A DNA stretch of 64,000 nucleotides, taken from the NCBI GenBank assembly GCA_020536535.1, contig JAHLWZ010000644.1, forward strand, positions 1 through 64,000, read 5' to 3'. Positions within the stretch are counted from its first letter, which is position 1. Each line of letters begins with the position of its first letter. The notes beneath the pieces are model-generated. The model made no database searches. It was not told where the DNA came from and saw nothing but the letters and a program-made list of their open reading frames with translations. This stretch comes from Pelomyxa schiedti. Its lineage: Eukaryota > Protista > Evosea. Both the position numbers and the translations under genes were made by a program. This document shows, in pieces, positions 52,401 through 62,481 of the stretch.

Positions 52401-53333
52401 TTTGGCGGCGCCAAGTACAACTCCTCAGCCATTGCAGTATTCCACTCCCTCAATTTTTTTCCATTTTAACTAGCGTCCAAGGTTTCGTGCTTCGGAAGTA
52501 CTGTTGATAGCCTTGTGGCACTGGATCAAGTTGTATTTTCCAAGAAATTACTCCCCATGTCAGCAGTGTTGGAAGCACTCCGCAGCGACTTTGCTGGATG
52601 TGACAATTCCGTACACACACTCCTCAGTTCCCAGCCTAAATGGGGAAATGACTGTGACACAGCCGACAACATAGCCATTCAACTAGAGAGACTTCTTCGA
52701 GGAGAGATTGATGGTCGCAAAAACTTCAGGGGAGGTGTTTACAGAGCTGAATTTTTGAGTGTCACGGCTCACATTTCTTTTGGCAGTTCTACTGGGGCAA
52801 CACCAAATGGTGTGTGGTGTTGTCACACGAATTGTATTTTCACACTGCTTAGGCCGAAAAGCTCGTACACCACTTTCTGAAGGTCTTTCGGCCTCACAAG
52901 GCCAAGACAAGAACAGTCCCACTGCATTACTTCTCTCTGCTTCAAAGCTCGACCATACAGTTTCCAAGGGTAACTTACTGAATGTAAAGTTCTTGCCGGA
53001 CCTCCTAGCTGGCGCTGTACGAAATTCTGGTGTTTTTCGGTAATTTAACGATTTATCAGAGGGGAGAACTTGCATTGGCAGCACTATTGCGAGGTTATTT
53101 TTCGCTTGGAGGCCACGAACTTCAGTGCAACGTTGTCTCTGGTCACACTTTGCGGTGAGATTACTCTTTTAGTGTACTTCATAACAGTTCTTTCTAACAG
53201 GGATGCACAACTCAACCCTGACAAGTACCGAGACTTGATTGTGCGGGTGGCTGGATACAGTGACTTGTTTGTAGAACTGACCAAAGACATTCAAGACGAC
53301 ATCATAGCACGAACGGAACACGGCTCGGAGTAA
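49473..53333 (+). CDS. Fused glycyl-radical activating enzyme (radical SAM) + glycyl radical enzyme (HypD/PFL2-like), about 1,100 aa
   Basis: Activase: [18 protein letters not shown]|[41 protein letters not shown]...KY. Exon 50344-51068 continues without a stop into the GRE (LLVGERG...TYPE); then [15 protein letters not shown]|[20 protein letters not shown] and [15 protein letters not shown]...RTEH*. Confidence 0.92.
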
Positions 53334-53464
53334 TCGCTACTGTAGAATTGTGAATATGTTCATATATCCTCACATGCCTCTCAAGACTATGTGTGTACAG
53401 ATGTTTGTTTTTTTGGAATAAAGTTTCTCGTTACCACAGTTTATCTTTTATCACATTTTTGAGT

Positions 53465-54867
53465 TTAGAACTTTGTCTTGGGTTGTACCAACACAAACAG
53501 TGGCTGAATTTGAGTAACCATTTTATGCACAACACAAGCAGGAAGGTCCAAAACTTCCAGGTTGCTGTCCTCAGTACTGTAGGTGATTGAATACCAGTGT
53601 GTTGATAACTGTGTGAGGCCACTCGCGTACTGCCTTTTTCCTGTCTGGTTGGACAGGAGAAAAGTGCCACTGGCCCCTGTGATTCTATAGAATAAAGAGA
53701 ATGAGCCAAGAAAGGGTATGAAGGAATGGAAGGAAGAAACCGAAAAGGGTGTGTCTTTTCGAAGGTGTAGAGGAAGTAGATGTATTGGCTAGGTGTGGTT
53801 ATGTGCCCAAGAGCTAAAAAGTCCTCCCCCCGCTCGACTGCCACAGAACTTCCCCGTAAATGGGCGTCTACTTTAATTTCAGATTACAAAAGAAGGAAAT
53901 CGGACTACCTGGATATCCTAAGAGAATAGGAAGAGTGAGCCACGTGCTCTGAGAAACAACTTCACACATTCCACCATGTTCACATGAAACTATCGTGTGC
54001 GGCTCAATAGACTGGGCAAACACGGGTCGCGCGGCTCCAGGTGGCAGGAATGCAACCCAATTTTTTTCTACCTGTGGTCCACTGACGTTCACGGGCGGGT
54101 GTAGAAAAGTGATGTCAGAAACACTAAGGGTTTCAAAATCTACAGTGATTGTCACCATCCTTCTCAGGCATTTCTCCGTCAATGCGTTGGCCATGATCAT
54201 AACTGCAGTGGCACCTACAATCATCATCCAAGAAGCCAAAGTTATATAGGGTTTCTTTATTTTACCTGGAAGAATCAATGGACGTGGGTCCTCAAATCCA
54301 AGACCTCTGTTGCCACAAGCTGACCAATTGGGCTCATAAGGTGTTGTAATTATTGTTGTACTTTCAGAACCATCCATGAAAAAAGGGGGTGTCACTTGAA
54401 AACGTGACATTAATGCAGTACTACAGTGCAGTGAGGAGAAAGAATACCGAATTCATCAATAGAATATCTCTTAGCAGCTATTAAACTCGTTCCAGTGTCC
54501 CATTGAGCCACCCTGTAGAACATAAGCCATATCCTGGATCCCAGCAAACTCGGTGGCCAGACAGCAATACTTGGATTGAATTCATCACTTTCCACTCTCC
54601 TATTCCTATTCCCTACAAATATGCCATGTAAAATACTCGTTTTGCATAATAATGATCCGAAAAAAGGACAAAATGAAAACGAAAGAAAAAAACAAAACAA
54701 TAAAAAAAAAACCCACCTCAACCTTGCACAATTTCGTGGGACCAACGTTGTTTGGAGCACGAGATGGTTTGGTTGCTATTCCTGTTCAAACAAATCCACG
54801 TGAATGTAACAGACACCACGGTCGCCAGCACCAGCCAAATCACTTTGTTCTGTGGCGACCCTCCCAT
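53465..54867 (-). CDS. Type II membrane beta-propeller glycan-active protein (GH130 / beta-mannosyltransferase-like)
   Basis: N-terminal TM VIWLVLATVVSVTFTWIC; FNPSIA, GFEDPRPL, VEKNWVAF, GSSVAV...FLALGH, QYASGL...ITYSTED. Confidence 0.65.
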
Positions 54868-55241
54868 TATCTCCTGTGGCGCACTTGTCCCCGGCAGCTA
54901 CAAAAAAACCCCAGCGCCCAACTGGCACGTCAGTCTAGTGGTTCGAATCGGCTGCGGAGGTTTTCTTTTTTGTCAGTTGTGGCCAACAGACTTGCCTTCA
55001 TCAGACCCCAAGGGTACTGAATTGAATTTTTTCGTGTCAAGGAGGGGAGTTCCAGGCATCAAAAATCAGTCCACTGTGGAATTGGATTCAATCACGTGGA
55101 GGTGCACCCCACACTTTTCACCAATAGATCATCACGTTCACCATATGCCTCCTCCGTCTCCTCCCCAGCCGCTCACATCCCCCAATATCCGCTTATGGGA
55201 ATGGTAAAAACTGAAGAACGGACTGACTTTTTTGCAAATTA

Positions 55242-55619
55242 ATGACATCCCCCACATCAGCACCTTCACCTCTCCCATCATCGGCTCCTCCGCCTCCCCC
55301 GCCATCGTCATCAGCAGAAGCAACGGCGGCGGCCGCCGTGGCTGTGCCCGTGGTGGTGGTGGACAGGGGCGCTCAGCTCGAGCGGGCCGTGATGCAGTCC
55401 CACATCGTGTGGTCGATGCTGCTGCCGCGGTGGCTGCCGTGCTGCAGGCCAACCACGTGCCCCGTGGGCTTCACCACGTGGAGGTACGACCGGTCCACGA
55501 TGTTCGACGACGACTCGCTCACCACCAATATCACTCTGTCTGAGGGATTTGATATGCTCACGGTTGTAGCAGAGGCAATGTTTCCTCTGTACGTATTTTC
55601 CCTTCTATCTCGTATGCCG
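55242..55619 (+). CDS. Hypothetical protein, 5' fragment running into gap
   Basis: GC-rich ORF MTSPTSAPSPLP...QSHIVWSMLLPRW..., with an intron donor before the gap. Confidence 0.5.
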
Positions 55620-55719
55620 NNNNNNNNNNNNNNNNNNNNNNNNNNNNNNNNNNNNNNNNNNNNNNNNNNNNNNNNNNNNNNNNNNNNNNNNNNNNNNNNN
55701 NNNNNNNNNNNNNNNNNNN
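55620..55719. other. Assembly gap (100 N)
   Basis: N run. Confidence 1.
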
Positions 55720-56023
55720 TCAGGCAAAGAATACTTTGAGAATAACTTCCAAAGCACACTCACAAAAGCAGCACTGCAGTCAGCATCAGTGGTGATGCCA
55801 CAACCATTAACAAAAACACGGTCAACCAAAGAAGAAATTCAACAGGGACAACCAAATTCCTCCACAACCACGGTTTCGGGACCTATAACGGCCGCACCAA
55901 TAGCACTCACGTCTTCCTTGGATACCCCACCAACGCCACCATTACTCCCGTTAAGACCACTATCGCTTGCACCAAAACTGGATTCTGATGCTGTTTCTGC
56001 CACCGCTGCTACCACAAGAACAC
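55720..56023 (+). repeat. Near-identical copy of 21515-21821 (linker of the LRR-SAM-caspase gene)
   Basis: tcaggcaaagaatactttgag...accacaagaacac; differs by a 3-nt indel and a few substitutions. Confidence 0.95.
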
Positions 56024-56346
56024 CCTAACTCCAAAAATTTCCCAATTTGCGCGTCAAATCGGAACCAAAGTGAGCCTCCAAATTGCTTAACTAGTGCACA
56101 CTTTGGACAAAGTGGAGGGATTTCAAAGTGGCACCGCTTTGAGCATTCTCAAATCGGGCACAAATTGGGGATTTTCCCAGGTTGCCTACAAATTGGAAGA
56201 TACATAATTTATTTTTTTTTTCCCTTACTTACACCTGCATGGTTGCGTGGTTGCTAGCTGGTGGTCCAGTAACAGAGAGGCTGTCACGGTTGTACTCTTC
56301 AAAATAATTAAAATAAAATAAGATATGCGGAAAGAACAAACCTGCA

Positions 56347-56808
56347 GGCAGACTCTCTTGCTCTTTGGCAAGGGGCAAAGGTGCGTACATCAAATAATTG
56401 TCATGTGAACCTGTGTGGATGTTAGAAGCAGAAAGCCAATAAAAAGGACAAACCAAGTTTGCTGCCAACTAGCGGAAGTCTTGAACATAACAGCAGCTTG
56501 TCAATCTGTGCCTTGGTTAAGGTGGGGGAAAAAAAAGGGAGGAAGGACATACCGGAGTCGGCAACCGGGACCCAGGCAGACTCTCTTGCTCTTTGCAAGG
56601 GACAAAGGCGCATTATTTGATCAAATAATGGTCGCCTGTTGTCATGTGAACCTGTGTGGATGTTAGAAACAGAAAGTCAATAAATGGGACAAAACCAGCA
56701 AACTCGCTGAAGTCATGAACTTAACAGCAGCTTGTTACAAAATCTATGCATTGGTTAGCTGGGAGAAAAAAAAGAGAGAAGGCCATACCAGAATCGGCAA
56801 CTGGAATC
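56347..56808. repeat. Diverged tandem duplication, two units of about 228 bp
   Basis: Units start ggcagactctcttgctcttt at 56347 and 56575; both contain gtcatgtgaacctgtgtggatgttagaa. Confidence 0.85.
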
Positions 56809-57818
56809 CTTTAGCTGTTCCGCACTGGCTTGTCAGGTTAGTCGGAAAGAGAGAAGTAAGTTGAGGGCACACCCAAGAGGAGAGCCGCCAAAAAGGAAAG
56901 TAGCCTGGAAGCTTGGTGGAACTGCCGATCCAATTCAACCAAGCAAGTTAACGGGAAAAGGGAAAAAGGGGGAAAAGGGAAAAAAGGGAAACGCACCACA
57001 CTGCGATCAGCTATAAAGGGTGTGGAACATGCAGAGGGGAGGGAGCGTAGCGACACCGATGCGCGGCCGGCTACGCACTACGCTTGGTTTTTTTGTTGTT
57101 TTGTTTTTCGCGATTCTCCGAAGAAGCCTCCGCACATGCGGACTCCTCAAGCTGAGAAAAACCCAAGGTGGCTCAGCCACCATTGCGATGTGCAGTGGTG
57201 ACTAAGTACGGTGAGCGCACTCTGGGACACGCCATGAATTCGGTTGTCCTCTGGCGTTTGTGGATTGCACAGTGGATGGCTGATGTTATCATTGGAGGCC
57301 CCTCTTGTCAAATTCTAGTGACATTACCTGTGATGCACAGTAAGGTGTTGGCCTAGATAATAGCAAATAGCATCTTTGTCACTTCACCTGCACATCAAAC
57401 TACTACTGTATATGTCCAAATACAAAGGGAGATGTTGGGACAGTAGTGTTGAACCTAACTTTTCTCAGCCAGTAATAGTGGGCATTGCGACCACCCTAAG
57501 GAGAAGCACAAATATCACAGGTGGTTTCTTACCTCTACAGCAAGATAATCAATGAAGCAGTTAGTGCATAATGATTTACACTACACTTGGGTACCAATAG
57601 CACAAAGAAAGGCTTATGTAAATGAAAAAAGGATTGTAATTCAACTGCATAAAATAACCTCACCTAACACCAAATTACACCAGCCAAGGTATTATAAGTA
57701 CCATACAAAAGAAAAACCTTTTTCTATTCTCCTTCTATTGCGAATAAACTTATAAACAAAAGAAAGAAGGTGATAACAACCCGGCTAGCTCAGCGGTGCA
57801 ATTGCAAAATTCGCATCG

Positions 57819-59790
57819 GTGAAAGTCCGCTCCGACATGTCGGCAAGTGTTGACGCTCCCCACGCGTGCGCGGTTGCCCACACAACAACAACGGCAACAA
57901 ACAACAAGTCCAACGGATCAGCGGCATCAGCGTCTTCATCGCTTGCGAAGGAGGTGCCGGTGTCGTCGGGAAGACCGCAAAGGCGTGTCCCCCCTCCGTC
58001 GACATCGCACACAAGCGCGCAAACCCCACGGACATCGTCACTCGACGGTGGCGACGTTCCTGCGGAGGTGACGCGTTTCATCAGCGAGTGCAGAAATCTC
58101 TGCAGCAACGCAACAAACAAGGAATCCACTACCTCTGCTCAGGCTCTGCTTGAGAGGATCGGCATCATCTTCAACCAGTACTCACACATCAAGAGCCACC
58201 ATCCCACCTTCAAAGATGTGGTGAAGCCTTTGGTGTTGGAGGTGGACGGTCTGCGCCGTTCTGCTCGCCAACAAGTAGCGTCACCCATCGTCAACCCAAC
58301 ACCAATCCCGGCATCTCCAGCAAAGGAAGTTCCGCTCCCCAATGACGACGCACCACTAACTCCTCGCAATGAGCAACAACAGGACCCTTTCACTCCTTCG
58401 GGAGATGAACCTAAGGGTCCCACTACCTCGACGATTACCAATACTTCCACATCTTCTACACCAGACCACACCCCTCTCATGCCAACCATACCATCAGTAT
58501 TGGTTACAATGAGGAGGGGTAGGAAAACAGCACAACCTCTTCCGAAAATCCCTGGGCAAACCCTAGAAGGGATATTAAGGAATGGAATCCATCGAACTCC
58601 AAACCCATACATTCACCTCATTGCTCACCCACCACCTGGGCTCCTTGGAGACTACCTTAGCTCCATTTGGGCTAAGTTAGTGATAGCCATTGAGCAGACC
58701 CTGCAAAAGAAAATCCAATCCCTGAGCTATCTGAACGGGAAGTATCGTCTCAACTTCCTCCCTACACAAACACCGGCAGACAAATCAATCTCGGTACTGG
58801 TAGAAGGGTACCGATATGATTTTGCAACAACAACAAAGACCCTGCGGGCCATTAACCCAGGTCTTAATCCCAAACTCACCTACGAGTAGCAGCCAATGGG
58901 ACATCCCATTCTACACCATTTCCTCTGAAGGCTCAGTCCTCCTCCTTACAGATAGGATACACTTTACCCCGACTGCACCACAAGAAAAAGGAAAGATCAC
59001 GTGGCGAATCCTTGGATACCACATGTGCGATAGATGTGGTGCCCAAAACCACGATGTCAATCTTTGCCCTTTCACCTCAGCTGAACAGCGCATGCAGCTG
59101 GCTGCCTCGTCGAAGCAGAGAAGCCGCCGCCAAAGGAAGCGACGCCGCCCTCCACTGACCACTATTAAACCTCCTGACCATGACTAGTCTAAAGGTTTTA
59201 ACGTGGAATGTGAGGGGGCTAGCAGCAGCAACACACCAAAAACTCACCAACATAACAAAACTCATAAACATCCTCAACCCACACATCATCATACTCACAG
59301 AGACCCACTCCACCGAAACAGCAAATTACAATATCAGCCAGATAAACCGCAAGTTCTGGTGGTTTACCAGCGGACACTCCACCTCAGATGGAGTAGCGAT
59401 TGGAGTAAACCCATCACTCAACCCCAACAACCAAGTCTCTTTGATATCGGGACGTTTGGCAAAGGTTCAAGTAACCTGGAACAATACACCCTTGGAAATA
59501 CTAGGAGTGTATGCTCCCTACGTTGGACACACAGATGCCTTGGACTTCTGGCACCCAAACCAGAATGGGTTTTTCGAGGGCAGACTCATTGACAATAATA
59601 TCACTTCAATATCCAACCTCTTTTATGGAGCAAGGAGCAAAAGAATGCCTATTCAATTCCTCTTCACCAACTTCTCCAAGGCATATGATAATCTGGATAG
59701 GGATGCAATTATCCAGATTCTCCAGCACATTGAGATGACACCCAAATGGGTAAATGTCATCCAACACCTCATGCAAACCACGGAGGCTTA
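57819..59790 (+). mobile_element. Degenerate non-LTR retrotransposon (L1/Tx1-like): ORF1 with CCHC knuckle, ORF2 with APE and RT fragments
   Basis: CDRCGAQNHDVNLC (CX2CX4HX4C); ORF2 LKVLTWNVRGL, IIILTETH, LGVYAP, then directly QNGFFEGRLIDNNI...TNFSKAYDNLDR; ORF1 stop overlaps the ORF2 ATG (catgactag). Confidence 0.9.
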
Positions 59791-59890
59791 NNNNNNNNNN
59801 NNNNNNNNNNNNNNNNNNNNNNNNNNNNNNNNNNNNNNNNNNNNNNNNNNNNNNNNNNNNNNNNNNNNNNNNNNNNNNNNNNNNNNNNNN
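59791..59890. other. Assembly gap (100 N)
   Basis: N run. Confidence 1.
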
Positions 59891-60798
59891 CCCTTACCTC
59901 TCCCAAGGTTGTGCTGGAACAGGGAAATCTTTACTTCTCCGAAGAATTGTTGACCTACTGAAATCTACGGACTGCAGAGTAGCAGTGACAGCACTTACAG
60001 GTTCGTTTTGCTACTTTAATAATGCGCCTTTCTAATCCTTCATGCCTTCCCGTCAGGAATTGCGGCAGTCAACATTGGAGGTGTTACTCTTCATCACTGG
60101 GCGGGTTCACCTGGCTGTGTTAGACAGCATCATCTGCAGCTCATCTTGCGGGTGCCTGGGCAAGGAGGGATAACTGGGAAAATGCAGATGTTCTCATAAT
60201 AGACGAAGTGTGCCCAGCTTTTTTTCAAGGATTACTTGTTACCTTACTCACATTATACAGGTATCTATGCTGGATGCAGCACTTTTTCACAGATTGGATG
60301 CTATTGGTCGTAATATCCGAAACGATCTCTGATTTGATTGGAAAAAAAAAGGGACAAGGAGTTCCCAAGAATGAAAGTGTTGATGGCCATTATGCACAAG
60401 GTGGTTTCTTGCCAACAAGAATGCATACATTCCCCTCGTGAAATTCGATGGTATGGACAGACTGAGTGGGTAACCTCGCTGATGGTCAACCTTCTCTGAA
60501 ACTTGCTTGGGCCATTTCTATTCATAAAAGCCAAGGCATGACACTGGTTGTGATTGCTCAAACTGCCCATGCCCTTCGATTTTATGAGTTTCTGCACTCC
60601 AGACCAACTCCAGAAACAACACCAGGTCCCGTACAAACCACATCCACAAACTTCACAACTGTCACCACAAGTACAAAAAACGGAACCTCCGCCAAAGAAA
60701 TCCATCACACCAAAGGTCAAACAGTAAAAAAACCACTGCAACAACCACACAAACTCCCCTCTCAAGCACCCAAAAACACACACAACATACAAAACTAA
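59891..60798 (+). pseudogene. PIF1-family helicase fragment with frameshift and internal deletion
   Basis: GCAGTGKS, VAVTALT|GIAAVNIGGVTLHHWAG; frame change before WENADVLIIDE|VSMLD; jumps to LKLAWAISIHKSQGMTL. Confidence 0.8.
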
Positions 60799-61198
60799 AA
60801 GGCCTGAATTCAGAGAACATGAATGAAGAGGATGAGGATTACAGCAACCGCCACCCTTTCAAAGAATTGTTGATTCAGAAGCTCTCTTGCACAGAACCTG
60901 TACTTCCACAACAGCAGGACAGCATTGTCAGGAAGAACCTGGAAGGAAAGAAGAATCTAAGGGTATATATGTTCCTTTTTTTTCTAAATTTAAAACTACA
61001 CAGGAAAGATGTGGGAGGTCCGGTCGCCGTTGGATCATTTTGAGGACCAGGGTGTGCCGGGTTTGTGGGCAGGCACAAATGTACACGAAGGCAGTAGGGA
61101 GTGCAGAACAAGAGGAATCAGGAGGTGGTCCGGGAGATGGAGGAAGATATCATGCCGGAATCCTTCTTTACAAGTGTAGTGAGAAAAATAAAAACCAA

Positions 61199-62090
61199 AT
61201 GAGTGGGTCCACGGTTGAGGGTGCAGCAACAACAACAACGGCGGCGTTGCCAAACGACGAGGCGGGGTACATAGTGCGTGAGCTGTACTCGGCGGAGCAG
61301 ATACGGCAGCGGGTGAGGGCACTCGCGCAGCAGATCCACGACGAGTACCGCCCGCTGCTCACAAGCTTCGACGACCAGTTGGTACTGGTGGCGATACTGA
61401 AGGTTCCCGGCTCCGCTCCCCCCCCCCCTTTTTGGTTAATGGAAGTGAAGGGAGCGTTTATATTTGCCTCTGACCTGTCGCGGGAGCTGTCCGCACTTGG
61501 TCTGCCTAATTTCGTGGAGTTCATGGCCCTTGGTTTGTTGCTTGCCATTCACCTTTGTTTGTGGTACTGACTGTTGTGTTGTTTGTCCTGCATTGCAGCC
61601 ACGTATGGTGACTCTACTAGCACTACTGGTGCTGTTAGAGTTATTATGGACTTGAAGCGTAATATCGAAAATAAGCATGTACTTGTGGTGGAAGATATCA
61701 TTGACACTGGATACACCCTCTCATATCTCCGTGCAAACCTTCTGGGAAGACGGGTACAAACTCTCCAAATGCCATAATCCCACCGATCGCACTTGTGCCC
61801 TTATTGTCCCAAGCAAGTGCACTAACTAGTTCCTCACACACACAGCCAGCATCCTTGAGGATTTCCACATTTTTATCAAAGCCAGCTTCGCTGAGAAAAG
61901 TCGATGTACCAGTAGATTACATTGGTTTCGAGGTATTCCTTCCTCTCCCAAAACAGGTGCTTAATACTTCCAGTATGATGGCACAGAATGGGTTGGAGGT
62001 TATGGTCTTGACTGGGCAGAGCACTTCCGTACCCTCCCTGTTTGTGTTGTTCTCAACTCTGAACTTCTCAACAAAAGAAAGAAGCACTAA
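61199..62090 (+). CDS. hpt: Hypoxanthine-guanine phosphoribosyltransferase
   Basis: LVAILK|GAFIF, VLVVEDIIDTGYTL, VDYIGFE, WVGGYGLD. Confidence 0.95.
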
Positions 62091-62481
62091 GAACAAACAC
62101 GAAAACAACAAACTTGTTTCGCTTTTAGCTGGTGAAGGTTTTTACTGTTTATTCAATGTGGTTTTTCACAGTCGAATTGAATGGTCGCGATACGTTCGAT
62201 GGTTTCAAATCCCAGTGTACAATTCCTTGGACTCGAAGCACCCGCAACCCTTGAGACTGGGTGGTAACGGTTAGAGGTCAGCAACAACTCACCAACCAGA
62301 TACAGCCACCGTTCCAATGCACGACTGGAAGATCGTCTTTGTTTTGGGCAGTCTAATATCTTCCACAGATCTGTATTTACCCACTCCAGGATGAGCACAC
62401 TCTGAAAATTGAAAAGACAAGAAAAAAAGAGAATTCTCTTGAAAAAAAATTCTGTATTTATTGTTCTTTGTAAAAGTCTGT

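Noticed and set aside
49473-53333. Annotation as pyruvate formate-lyase (PFL/PflA) or straightforward HypD
   Set aside because: It has a single-Cys GCVE loop rather than the PFL CC pair, and several HypD substrate residues appear substituted.
60819-61100. Short ORF MNEEDEDYSNRHPFKELLIQKLSCTEPVLP
   Set aside because: Fragmentary, with no complete gene model; possibly a decayed piece of a repeated family.
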